Assembly: GCA_951406725.2 (NCBI GenBank)
Contig: OX597817.1
Location: forward strand, 121,024,001 to 121,088,000
Direction of reading: 5' to 3'
Origin: Octopus vulgaris
Lineage: Eukaryota
DNA length: 64,000 bases
Shown here: piece by piece, positions 39,940 to 53,702 of the stretch
How positions within the stretch are numbered: position 1 is the stretch's first letter
How the letters are laid out: every line of letters begins with the position of its first letter
Position numbers and translations under genes: made by a program
Notes under the pieces: model-generated
What the model was told of the DNA's origin: nothing
The model's input: only the letters and a program-made list of their open reading frames with translations
Database searches by the model: none

Positions 39940-40338
39940 GGCACAGGAGTGGCTGTGTGGTAAGTAGCTTGCTTACCAACCACATGGTTCTGGGTTCAGT
40001 CCCACTGTGTGGCACCTTGGGCAAGTATCTTCTACTATAGGCTCAGGCCATCCAAAGCCTTGTGAGTGGATTTGGTAGACGGAAACTGAAAGAAGCCCGT
40101 TGTATATATGTATATATCTGTATGTGTGTGTATATGTTTGTGTGTCTGTGTTTGTCCCCCAGCATCACTTGACAACTGATGGTGGTGTGTTTACGTCCCC
40201 CGTAACTTAGCGGTTCGGCAAAAGAGACTGATAGAATAAGTACTAAGCTTACAAAGAATAAGTCCTGAGTCGAGTTGCTTGACTCCAGGTGGTGCTCCAG
40301 CATGGCCACAGTCAAATGACTGAAACAAGTAAAAGAGA
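39940..40338 (+). mobile_element. SINE family A, full length, low divergence
   Basis: GGCACAGGAGTGGCTGTGTGG to GAAACAAGTAAAAGAG; CpGs retained. Confidence 0.93.
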
Positions 40339-40659
40339 AGGTGACATTATATACAGTCACTTCATTTTTTAAGACAGTAGGGTTTGATTTAAGTATACTT
40401 AGCTATTGCTATTTGCTGATCAAGTGACTTGCATAATCTATGCCAGCAAGTTCAATCCATATCAGTAAGTCCAGCTGTTGCTTGATGTTTAACCTATGCC
40501 AGCATGGAACATGGATGTTGAATGATGCTGATAATGATGATATTATAAATTAGAGCAAGGGTTTCAAAATATTTTCATGCTCTGCACCCCTATGAAATGT
40601 TTGATTCATTTTTGTACCCCATACAAGGATAATAACACATTTGAAAATGAAGAAGTTTG

Positions 40660-40892
40660 TTTTCTTATTTTTTTATTGCCCACAAGGGGCTAAACATACA
40701 GGGAACACACAAGGACAGACAAAGGGATTAAGTCGATTACATCGACCCCAGTGCATAACTGGTACTTAATTTATCGACTCCGAAAGGATGAAAAGCAAAG
40801 TTGACCGTGGTGGAAGTTGAACTCAGAACATGTAGCAGCAGACGAAATACTGGTAAGCATTTCGCCCGGCATTCTAATATTTCTGCCAGCTC
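40660..40892 (-). mobile_element. SINE family B
   Basis: Reverse complement of 33225-33440. Confidence 0.88.
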
Positions 40893-41582
40893 ATTAATTT
40901 TCTAATAACTATTTTATCTTCTTTTATCTTCACGTGTAGAATATTCATTTGTTACGGCTATTTTTTCCATGCCTGCATGAGTTAGGGGCATACATTAATA
41001 AGGAGTTGTTTTATAGGTAGATGTGCATTTTGTCATTAACCCTTACCCGTTTTACATATAAAGAATTTCTTATTCCACACACTGTCTTCAAGAGTGCAAA
41101 ACCATCAGACAATGTGTTGGCAAGAAAATGACAACCATGTCATTGCTTGTAACTCCATGATTTTCAGAAAAGTGCAGATGTAAAAATATCACAAAGACAT
41201 GTGCATATATAACAGGTATGTACATACACAGAATGTTAGTGCAAGTGCATACACCTAAATATATGCACACTAAATCTATTAGATATTTACAAACTGCAGG
41301 AAATGTCTTAGCTCAAAAAGTTTTATCATTTTCTCAATGACCAGCTTCAACTCCATGAAAAAGAATGTAAGTACATAAATATCAAAGAATACGCATGCAC
41401 GCACATATGCCATCATTGTCGTTGTCATCATCGTCGCTGTCATGATCATCATCACCAAACATCCTTTTTCCATGCTGGCATGTGTTGGAGACCCTGAGAA
41501 GATACACACACACATACACACACATATCTACATACACATATATGTGTGTGTATGTTTATACATATATATATATATACATATA

Positions 41583-41793
41583 TGCCGTTGCCAGCCTCGC
41601 CTAACACCTGTGCCGGTGGCACGTAAAAAGCACCCACTACACTCATGGAGTGGTTGGCGTTAGGAAGGGCATCCAGCCGTAGAAACATTGCCAGATCAGA
41701 CTGGGCCTGGTGCAGCCTTCTGGCTTCCCAGACCCCAGTTGAACCATCCAACCCATGCTAGCATGGAAAGCGGACGCTAAACGATGATGATGA
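41583..41793 (+). mobile_element. SINE family C 3' part
   Basis: TGGTTGGCGTTAGGAAGGGCATCCAGCCGTAG core; AAACGATGATGATGAT tail. Confidence 0.88.
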
Positions 41794-41878
41794 TACATGT
41801 ATATATATATATAATATATATAATATATATAATACATATAATATACATACATATATATAATATATATAATATACATAC

Positions 41879-41925
<47 letters not shown>

Positions 41926-41954
41926 TATATATATATAATATATATAATATATAT

Positions 41955-42339
41955 CTCTCTTTACTTGTTTCAGTCATTTGACTGCGGCCATGCTGGAGCA
42001 TCGCCTTTAGTCGAGCAAATCGACCCCGGGACTTATTCTTTGTAAGCCCAGTACTTATTCTATCGGTCTCTTTTGCTGAACCGCTAAGTTACGGGGACAT
42101 AAACACACCAGCATCAGTTGTCAAGCAATGCTAAGGGGACAAACACACACACATACACATATATACACATATATACGACAGGCTTCTTTCAGTTTCCGTC
42201 TACCAAATCCACTGACAAGGCATTGGTCGGCCTGGGGCTATAGCAGAAGACACTTGCCCAAGATACCACGCAGTGGGACTTAACCCAGAACCATGTGGCT
42301 GATTAGCAAGCTTCTTACCACACAGCCACTCCTGCGCCT
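41955..42339 (-). mobile_element. SINE family A, full length
   Basis: Inverse of 39940-40338; ends CACTCCTGCGCC. Confidence 0.93.
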
Positions 42340-44689
42340 ATATATATATATTTATATATATATTGCATGTGTGTTTAAATATATGTTTTCATTTCAGAAC
42401 CTGTTAAAGCGACAAGTTATGAAGAAAAAAGACAATAACCTATGAAATAAAAATGGTAAAAAAAAAAAAAAATGGAGGAAAAGTACAAGTGTGTCAGTAT
42501 CAGCTAGTAGTTAAGATTTTACTTCTCTCGTCTATTCACTGTTTGTTGGTGATGTACAGGTTTGAAGTGTTACAAAAGAAAAAAAAAAAATTTGCTCTGT
42601 GCCAGTGATGTGGACTTGAGGTTAACTAATCCTTGGTTTGAACTAACCTTGTCCCTTTTATTGATCTGTAACTTATCATATAACTGAATACATTCAATCA
42701 GGAAGAAAATTGTGCTATTTTTACATACACTTTTGGTGTATGTACAAATGCAATATATTTCTTAACTCAGAATAATTTCTAACAAAAGCAAGAAAAATGA
42801 TGCTTTGCATTCAGAGTATGCATGGCTGTACAGATCAAATTTACCTAGTTAATTCAAGCCATCAAAAAGGAAAAGACACATGAAGACTGAAGAGTAAGCT
42901 GTTCTGTATAATGTAATCCTCCCTCCCTCTCTCTCTGTATACATATATATATATATATGTATATATATATACATATATATATACATACACATAAATACAT
43001 ACATTATATATATATACACAAACATATACATGCATAATATATCTATATGTGTATGTATATGTATATATGTGTGTGTGTATATGTGGAAATATACATATAT
43101 ATATATGCAATATATATAACATATACAATGCCACTTATTACCATGGATTCATGTTAGTATCAAGGAATGTGGACAGTAATCTTAGAATTTAATAGTAGTT
43201 ACAGAAGGATATGTGTATGTGTGTTATGTGACTGTGTGTGTGTGTTATGTGAGAGAGTGTGTGTGTGTGTGTGTGGTTGTAACTGTATATATATTGAGGT
43301 GGGGTGTGATTAATAGTAGATATGAGAAGGTGGTATGTATAAGGAGTGGGTGGCAATAGGAAATGGCTAAAGGAGAGAAAGTGGTGACTGGCAGCACATA
43401 AAGTGTGATCAATGAAAAATATGTGTGGGAAGAGATGATGTTAAGAATGAGGGTTGGCTGGCTAAACAAAATGGTTCAGGAGAGAGGAAGAATTAACTTA
43501 GTACAGAAAGAAATGATGATATATGCAGTTCTGTTTTCATTTAAATACAACAGCAGAATAATGTAGTAGTTAGAAGACTGATGGAAGAATAAGTGATAGG
43601 GAGATGAAACTGGGGGCGCAGCTGGACATGTAAGCACAACACTTATATAATGACATAAAGGTCAGTCACAAAAATATTATTATGCTCTACATTATATACT
43701 GAATATGATTTCAAAGGTCTGACTGAAGTTATCCACCTGCAACAAAAATGCATATTAAAAAAAAGATAACACCTAAATTTGTCTCAAGTCACAACCTACC
43801 ATCTTTGGAAAGAAAAGTACACACTGGATAATTCAGAGTAATTTATACCTCTCTTACAAGACGAGATGGTTATGGCTGGAATGTCTTTGATTATGGGTTT
43901 ACACAAAGACCTGCTTTTGAACAACAACAACAATAATAGCTACAAAGATCATCGTGTTGAAGAATCAGATACTTTGAGCTGGAACAAGATAAGAAGGAAT
44001 TGTAAGAGCAATAGAATTTATGTTTGGAAAAGACATGACACAAATGCACATCAAAGATTAATTAATAACAGAATATGCCATTCAATCACATATTCTTTAG
44101 AGCTGTGATTAAAAGGTTTTACTTTGACTCACTGAATAGCTTGCAACAGAAAGAAACATCTGATTTACAGACAATTTGATTGTCAGATTACAAAAATAAA
44201 CTCTGTTTAAAGTAAATAGTTGAAAGAGAGTAAAGTCAAAAACTAAAAAAAAAAGAAAGAAAAAAAGAAAAAGGAAATTGATTACTGCTCTCTCTGTTCA
44301 ACCATAAAGTTGGAATGAAATTGTTCACTAATGCAAACTGGAGCAAGTTGACTTTGATGTTTTACACAGGAGTACAACATACTGACAGCAGTAATATCTG
44401 AAATTCTGACTGTGATTAAAGGTCTTGAACCAGAACTTAACACTCAGTTCTACTAAGTAAGAAAACATCCATCAATTATATAGTACATGTTACCTTTTAA
44501 GCTGCAAGACGTATTATCCTATGGTACCACTTTACTTCTTGATGGACTGGGGCAGTAAGTATTTAGTATTTTGGCCATGTACACTAGTAAAGTATGAACT
44601 GTGAATTGTGAGTTATCAAATACATACCTATACATTTTTAGTATGCAATACAGTACAGCACTTACATAAATGGCAGGCTGTTAAAGTAG

Positions 44690-45090
44690 CCCCTTCTGTG
44701 TATGGACTGGGGTGGCACCTTGGGTAAATGCTAGCAACCCCTTAGCCTCCTGTGCCAGAAATATGGTGAAGATGGCAGCAGTAGAAGGTTGGATAACCAA
44801 CCAACGTGGGAGAGTCCTAGACCAGTTTGAAGTTTATTGCGGCCAAGTGGAAGATCAGTATCATCAGACAATGGTTGGTGGGGTTTAACTAGCAAATAAG
44901 CTGCTACTGCAGGATGCCTCATTGTAGGCCATGCTTGCTGTACTCTTCCACACCCCTTGGTAATTGGCATGGAAGCCCAGATAGGAAGTCTGGTGGGGTG
45001 AGGCGATTAGTGCCAACTACCTTACTGTCCAAAGGGAATTTGTTCAGAGAACCGAATGGACAGTCAACATCCCCCTATAACACACAGCTG
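44690..45090 (+). mobile_element. GC-richer degenerate segment, possibly an RTE-type LINE 5' UTR
   Basis: GGGGTGAGGCGATTAGTGCCAACTACCTTAC resembles the pre-ORF motif of RTE elements; otherwise unassigned. Confidence 0.3.
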
Positions 45091-45198
45091 ACAATGATGT
45101 ATGAATAATACTTATATGTCCTTCCTCATCTCATGTCCTTCTCATGCACACTCACACTCATGTGTGTGTATGTTAGTTTATGTATGTGTATATATATA

Positions 45199-45875
45199 GC
45201 TGAAATTTACAGAAAAACAGAAAATAAAGACAGGTGTATAAACAGCAAGCAGGTGTATTAGCCTGATGCTTGGGAAGATGAGAAAGTCATTTACGTTTCG
45301 AGCCTATGCTCTTCAGCAGAAAGGAACATGAGGAAATAAACAAAGAGAGAATAAAACAAGAAAAACGTGTGGATTTAGCAGTCAATCATGGTGACTGGCT
45401 GGAAAAAAACAGTTAGACAGGAGAGCTAGGAAGAAGGGGAGATAATAAAGTACTGGTGATCCCAAAACGAAGGTGGGCATGCGTGAGTGTATGAGAGAGT
45501 GTGTGTGTGGGGGTGATAGGGGCTGATGACTTTGTCATGTGAATGTGTGCATAAGTGTGTACATCTAATGTATGTGTGTGTGTGTGGATGATGGTGTGGG
45601 GGTGCTGGGAAGTGGTCAGTGCTAGTGTTTGTGGAGTGGTGTGGGGGGTGTAATGTGGTGTGAGATGTGTGGGGATGTGAGGGTGGGGTGTGGGTTTGGG
45701 GGCGAGGATGTGGAGGTGGAGATAAGGGTGGGGTATGTGGAAGTGAGATGTGTGGAGTGGGTGTGGAAGGAGGGGGCATCAATGAAGGGAGAAGCTGGGT
45801 AGGAGTAAAGAGAGGAAGTAGGTGTCAGGGCAAGAGAGGAGAGGAGGGGAGTTGAGCCCATGTTGTGTAAAGGAG
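45199..45875 (-). mobile_element. Penelope-like (Neptune-type) 3' end / pseudo-LTR
   Basis: Minus strand starts SFTQHGLNS (the PxGLN ORF terminus), then a C/A-rich UTR, an HHR-like motif and a T-rich end; TA repeats on both sides. Confidence 0.65.
45288..45323 (-). ncRNA. Minimal HHR variant
   Basis: CUUU-CUGCUGA-A-GAGC(AUAG)GCUC-GAAA-CG-UA-AAUG; A6 replaced by C, one stem I mismatch. Confidence 0.55.
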
Positions 45876-46158
45876 CATATATATTTATATATATATGTAT
45901 ATATATGTGTGTGTGTATGTATATATATATTAATATATATATACACAGGCATGACTGTGTGGTTAAGATGTTTGCTTCCTAGCCACATTATTCCAGGTTC
46001 AGTCCACTGAGTGGTATCTTGGACTGACTAAAGCCTTATGAGTAGATCTGATTGAGGGAAACTGAAAGAAGCCCATTGTATGTATGTGTATGTATGTATG
46101 TATGTATGTATGTATGTATGTATGTATGTATGTATGTATGTATGTATGTATGTATCTA

Positions 46159-46204
<46 letters not shown>

Positions 46205-47103
46205 TACATTCAAATTTTGTGTTAAAATCAGCTCAATAGTGAAATAGTAATCATTGTTACATGACATATGTTTGTTGTTGAACACTTCTAGCGATGGCAT
46301 TTCAACTGGTAGAGATTCCTTTAGAGATGTATAGTGTAAAAAAACACAGTATACTTCAAAGCAATATGTCATGTCATCATTTGTGACTAGGCTGCTCACA
46401 GTGACATTTCTTGAAATTTCCTATCAACCCAACAACCTCTAGCTCTGAACTACAAAGCTTCTCTGGAATTCTTTATTAACTGAACAGATAAAAGCTGGAA
46501 AAAGGAAAAGCTTCTGGTCATAAAAATCCTGCTTCAAAAACCTTGCATTGAAGAAACACAAGCTAAACAAGCAAATTGCCTATATTTATTTGTGTAAATA
46601 TAGATGGATAACTATACACAAATAGTTAAGTGTAAGCATGGACTAAATAATACCAGAAATGTCCTGTAAAACCCATCATTCAACCAATTCAAGAAGGACT
46701 TTTTAAACTTGAATAATATAGATATAAATATATGTGTGTATATATATATATGTGTGTATATGTATATATATATATGTATATATATATATATCATAATAAT
46801 AATGAAATTATTGTATACAGTGCTCAGGTGCACCACAACATATATATATATATATGTGTGTGTGTGTACGTTATATACATATACATGCAAATAGATAGAT
46901 ATATATTGATATTTATACATGTACATTATATATATCAAACTTATACAAGCATGAAGCACTCACAGTATTTAGAGTTTCCCAGCAGTTATAGTTATGAAGT
47001 TAACTGATTTTCATTATTTATATATGCATACATATAAGTACATACATACATACATACACACACATGAATAGATATGAATATATGAGTGTATATATATATA
47101 TAT

Positions 47104-47287
47104 ATGGCACGTAAAAAGCACCCACTACACTCACGGAGTGGTTGGTGTTAGGAAGGGCATCCAGCTATAGAAACATTGCCAGATAAGACTGGAGTCTGGT
47201 GCAGCCTTCTGGCTTCCCAGATCCCCGGTCGAACCGTCCAACCCATGCTAGCATGGAGAACGGACGTTAAACGATAATAATGATGAT
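47104..47287 (+). mobile_element. SINE family C 3' part
   Basis: Closely matches 41617-41793. Confidence 0.88.
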
Positions 47288-47781
47288 ATAAAATATACAC
47301 ATTATATCCAGTTAAATGTAAAGAAAATGGAGATAGGAAGTTAATAATTATTTATTATTAACACATTGATCATCTTTATTTCTTAATACATATATGTATA
47401 CACACACACACACACACATGCACTACATGCATACATTCACACATGCACATGAAGAAAGTGAGAGAGTGATCTATTATTACCTATGTATACGTTTGTGCTT
47501 TTGTATGTGTGTATGTTGAAAAAATAAAGGAGTGAATAGTACTAACCATCCCAACTAGAAATAGAATCCCAAGATTAGCTTGCTGTCAAATTGACATCAA
47601 ATTTAGATCTTTGTTGAGATATACAGATTGTTTCTTTTTGCATTTATTTATTTATTTATTTTTTATTTTATTTTTTCATTTTTTTAACACATATGCTTGT
47701 ACAATGACGTATGCCACAAACGTCTTCTTGAAATGTGCACTCAAATATCATAATTGAATCATATACATATACCCACATATG

Positions 47782-47828
<47 letters not shown>

Positions 47829-47858
47829 TTTGGGATATATATCAATATATATACTTAA

Positions 47859-47890
<32 letters not shown>

Positions 47891-48001
47891 TTCTATATAT
47901 ACATATATATGTACATATTCATATATGTTTAATATATATATATGCATGCATATATATTTGACATATATCAATATATATATACATGTGTATATATATACAT
48001 A

Positions 48002-48050
<49 letters not shown>

Positions 48051-49260
48051 GCATATATATATGTATATATATATGTATGTATATATATATATGCATATAT
48101 ATATGTATATATATATGTATATATATATATACACACACGTACATTTATATATATAAATATATATGTATATATGTATAAATATATATATATATATTATGCA
48201 TACATATATATTAATACACACACATACACACATATGCATACAAACATGGTATATCTGTCTTAGTTTTTTTTTTTTTTTGATGTGTTCTCTACTTCTATTG
48301 ACAACAGAAATATCTCTTGTGTAACCCAAAGACAAGATATCATTTTATAGTAGAATTTCATGTATATAAATGTTTTTTTGTCATTCATATCAGCTAAGTC
48401 ACAGAAACAGCCAGCAAGACTAAGCCATAATTATGGGTTTCTGTTATATGAAAGTAACACACAATCTTGCTCAATAATTGCTAACCCAGTATGTGACAAT
48501 TTCTTTTCATAATTTCATTACAGAACAATTGAAAGATAGCAACTCTTTTCCAATAGCTTATGATGCAAAGGCAGAGTAAAAATAAATAGAGGAATAAACT
48601 AAGAAATCATAAGTTGCTTTCAGTGTATATAAACATATTTTGTTGTATGTGTATGTTGTGTCTGCATATGATTCTTAAATAATTCCATATGTATGTTACT
48701 AGAAGAAAACAAATGGACACTCAGACACACATATGGGAACACACCGATGAACATACATGCACACACTGCTGTTCAGTTTATAATTTGTGAAAATAGCTAT
48801 ATAATAGTTTGTGATATCTATGTACATGTTTGTGCATATCTGTGTGTTACTTAAATGTATAATATATACTATATCATTGTAATGGCTTAGTTGATAGGGT
48901 GTTGCAATTGTGATTGTCTGACTGTAGTTTTGATTCCCAAACCAGGAAGTGCATTGAGTCCTTGAGCAAAACACTTAATCTCACATTGCTCTGTAATCAT
49001 TTCAATATTTGACATGTAGTACACAGCACACCTGCACAAGATATATCGAGTTGATGGAGGGAGTGAGCTTATGTACTGCATGAACATTGATCACTGCAAC
49101 CAGATCAGCAAGATATATCAGCAAGAAATTATGATGAGTGGGGAATAGCTTGCCAAAGAATAGACCCCAGCGTATCCTCTGTCTGTTGTCAAATGTTTTC
49201 TCTGCCTGTTGTAAAATAGACTGAGGTTGGATTTGTACTCTAAAACTATTGTAACATTGC

Positions 49261-49680
49261 AGCAGATGAACTGCAAGGAGAGGCTGAAAAAAAAATACGA
49301 CTTTATTCCTTGGAGTGAAGATGCAAGAAATATGTAATAATCTATGCTTGGAAAATTCTGGAAGGGCTAATACCTAATTTTGGCCCCAAATGTTATACAA
49401 CTGCCTGAACTGGATGCCAATGTGTAGTACTATTCACCCCATCTAAATTGAGAACCAGGTACTGAAATAGCTTAGAGTTCAAAGGCCCACAGCTCTTCAG
49501 TATTCTGCCAAAGCAATTGAGAAACCTACACAATGTAGTTGTGGATATCTTCAAAAAAGAACTGGACATTCTCCTATTCATGATACCAAACGAAATAATA
49601 TCCCACCATAAAATACAGACGAAGGTAGTAGTGTCAAATTCTCTCCTATACCAATAACCACAGCAAAAGCACATGCAGGA
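49261..49680 (+). mobile_element. CR1-group LINE ORF2 C-terminal remnant
   Basis: LYSLE*RCKKYVIIYAWKILEGLIPNFG..GPQLFSILPKQLRNL..VDIFKKELDILLFMIPNE. Confidence 0.85.
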
Positions 49681-49850
49681 GTTGTGACATGAAATCTCAT
49701 CACACTGAAGAAATCAACTAAATAAGAAAGCTGTGGAAAAGGTACAAAATCATTGTGGCAGTCTTGCATGACTGCTTCTGCATCAATTATGCATAAAAGA
49801 ATTAAAAGAAATACATATGCACACACACACACATTTCATTCCATAACTGC

Positions 49851-49931
49851 TACCTCTGATGTGTGCAGGGCTACATAACCAGACTATTACCTAACACCTC
49901 TGTCGAATCCCTAGCGTGAAACTGAATGGTA
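49851..49931 (+). ncRNA. Decayed HHR in element 49835-50035
   Basis: TACC-T-CTGATGT-GTGCAGGG...CCCTAGCGT-GAAA-CTGAAT-GGTA; paralog at 59171-59250. Confidence 0.6.
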
Positions 49932-50051
49932 AGCTTGGCCTTAATGGATATATAGTTTGATTAATATACCCACACTATTGACAGATATACGAGTGCATTT
50001 TTTCCTGACTTACTGACTCTTAGATGGTACCCCCACACATATTTACATATT

Positions 50052-50106
<55 letters not shown>

Positions 50107-51126
50107 ATATGTATATATATGGTACATGCATATGTGTGCATATATTTAATGTGAAGAAGATTTTGTATAAGCATAATAACTGAACATTCATTGTAAGTGT
50201 AGAGTTAAATACTATTAATATTTTAATGACTGTAACTTGAATGTTTTTCCACATATATATTAGTGTTCACATGTATATGAATGTATGTATTGTTACTTTG
50301 GTTTGATAGATAGATAGATAACGAGATAGATATCTCCCTATATATTTCCAGTATGTATGATGGTAACACTTAATATGCATATAAACTCACATACACTTCT
50401 CACACACATACACATACGAATATCCATACACACATCCACACACACACACTTATATTTATAGGCAAGCAGACAGACAGACAGACAGACAAACAAACATATG
50501 TAGCCATGCAATTACCAATCACACATAATTGATTAATTCCTGAACACCCCCCCACAAATAAAACAAAAAATAAAACAAAAATAACAACCCCCCCACACAC
50601 ACTTGCAAAGTCATACTGGTATCTGTTTTTATTAACTGTTCACTATTTTGTGCAAGTCTTCATGATTAAGTTATATGTTTGATGTTTTTGCCATTATTTT
50701 CCCCCCACTTCTTAGTTTTAGCCATTTATATCCTACCTTCTGACACTGGCAAGCGATAAACTATTTATGTTTATATCATACACATGGCAATGATACAGAA
50801 ACTAAGCAAGATTAACGTTTTTCAGTTGAGTGATTTACTTTTGTCTAGGTATATCTTTTATAGAATTTTTCATTTGTGTATGTGTATCTGTGTGTCAGTG
50901 TGTGTATGCATTTTTTTTGTTTTTTTACCTTATACATGTTTTACATTACATAGTTAGCTAATTTTTTTTTGTTTTTGTTGTTGCTGATTATTTCATTTGT
51001 TTTTTTTTATATATTTTCATCATAACGCTGTGATTATGATTGAAAGATATCAATGTTCAAGTTGTGTTTTTTTGTGTAATTTTTATATATGCATGTGTGT
51101 GAGTGTGTATGTGTGTGTGTGTTTAT

Positions 51127-51175
<49 letters not shown>

Positions 51176-52169
51176 CATATATGTCTATGCATGTATGTGT
51201 GTATACACAGATGCAAACACACACATATATGTATATATACATATATATATATACACACACAAATAGACACACACATACACACACACACATATATATATAC
51301 GTATGTGCATACAGATATATGTGTATATATATATAGGTACGATGTATGTATATATGTTTTCCATATTAGTCTCTGCAGTTATTAACATAAATTTCATTAC
51401 AGAGTCTAACACTCGAAACAAACTTGAGAATGTTTTATAGTCAAGTCTATCACGCAATTAATTATTTGGATTATATTATTTCCCACTGTTTGTCATTTTC
51501 ACACCAGATTTTCTGGCAAGGGTAATTGCCCTTTCATTCATACATCTTAATGTTTCACTATTTTGTATGGGGTGATTGCACTGCTTATGTATGTACGAGA
51601 GAAAGAGTGAGGTTTGGTGTATGCACATATGTTTCTGTGTATGTGTATGTATGTGGCTGTTTACGTGTTTATGCACATATATATATATGTCTGTATTGAA
51701 TACAATGACTCCAAGATTACTGTACAGTATTTCCATCAAAATGGTCATAAATTTAAACTTCACTTCAGTCACTATTTTCTCATAGCTCAACTAAAAAGCA
51801 ATCATATTCTATTCTTGCAGTGTAGTTTAGGAACTTACTTTGCAACCATGTAGTTTGAGGTTCAGTCTCACTGTGTAGTACCTTGGGCAAGTGTCTTTCT
51901 ATTATATAGCACAGGCCAATAAATGTCTTGTGAGTGAATTTATAAACAGAAACTGTATGGAAGCTCATCATATGTGTGTGTGTGTGACCTCCCACTCCCC
52001 TAAAAGATGAAAGGCAAAATGAACCTTGGTAAGATTTGAACACAGAGCACAGAAAACTGGCACAAATATTGCAATACATCCTGTCCAGTGCTTTAATGAT
52101 TCTACCAAGAAAGATCAAAATAAACTTTGAAAGAAGTAACTAGAATATATCCCAGAGTGTTGTTCAAAT

Positions 52170-52440
52170 GAAATGAATTTCGATTTAGTGGAAGCACAAT
52201 TCACAAGAAGACAGGCCACCAATCTACCAGAGGACAATATATCAAAAAACAGACCACCAACAGCAAAAACACTTCTGCTATTGGTCACTGCCATTGATAC
52301 CAATTCCACAACTGATAACTCTGATAACTCAGTTACTTTCAACATTTTTGACTGACAGGACATCTGAAGTTGAGATCCTATGTTAAATGAATAAGGGACC
52401 AGGGTCCCAAATTATACACTTTCTGGCTCCCATTCACAGC
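52170..52440 (+). mobile_element. Possible highly degenerate LINE reverse transcriptase fragment
   Basis: Across frames: FRFSGST, KNRPPTAKTLLL..IDT, LLSTFLTDRTSEV in the order of the GFRxxxST, KAFDT and SFLxxR motifs. Confidence 0.35.
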
Positions 52441-53653
52441 AGTAATGTACATTTGAACTAGTAGCTCATCAGCAAGTGTATCAACCCAGACATTTTTGTT
52501 GGTAATATGATTTTGTATGATATGGTGGTGGGCTGGCAGAATTGTTAATTCACCAGGCAAAATGTTTAGTGGCATTTCATCTTTACATTCTGAGTTCAAA
52601 TTCTACAAAGGTCTACTTTACTTTTCATCCTTTTGGGGTCAATACAAGAAGGACTAGTGGAACTCTGGGCGTTGATGCAATCAACTTACACCCCAACCCC
52701 CTGAAATTGCTGGCCTTGTACTAAAATTTGAAGCCAATATATTTTGTATGGTAAAAGCAAGAGTGTTCTTTTTCCTTAGTAATACTGAATATACTTGTAT
52801 AAATTTTGATTTTAATTAGGATAACATATATTTGATAATATTGATCTTTTTAGGTATACAGAGTGGTGAAATTATCTCAAAGAAATCAAACTAACCTCTT
52901 TTCAAATTTTGACAAACTATCTATTTCAACTAATAAACAGATAAGTAAATAATGTATTTAATTGCCTGGGTTGTATGTTAGTGCTTTAATCTCCTCTGGA
53001 CCCACTCAAATGGTGGGTTGGTTATGAGAAATGTTTCAAGATTTTCTTTCATAATGAACATACTGAGCATATAGTTTTTCCCCAGCTTTCATTCTAGCAA
53101 ATTTTTGTTAGTATATAGCAAGGTTGGTGCATAGTATTGCCTGTAAAGACAGACATTATGCAAAATCTTCATATGGAAAAATATCATCCTGCATCAGAAA
53201 TATTGTAGCAAATTCCTCGATTGATTACAAATTATAACTATGGCTGTAATTTAAAAAGAAAAAGGAAAACAAGGTCTCAGAATGTATTTCATTACAATTT
53301 TATTTTCAATCTTTGATCTCCAATCAGACTTGACAGGAAATATATTCTCTTTCATCAAATGTTGCTTACAATGAAGTGTGCAGCCTTTCAACAATTTCTG
53401 ATCAGAAATGATCAAAGCTAACTTTCTGCTAAATGTGTAATTCTTCATCATTATATATTCCAACTTTGTTTCTCTTACCAAACTTACTGCACCTGTTATA
53501 TTCTACTAATTTCATTAACTTTGGTGTATCAGACATCATAGGATTAACATTTTTCTTAATCTGCTATGAACGTAGAATGGAATAGTCTTCTGAAGAAAAC
53601 CTTCTCTCTATTAACTCCTTCTGAACATTCACACACAAACACACCCACACGCA

Positions 53654-53702
<49 letters not shown>

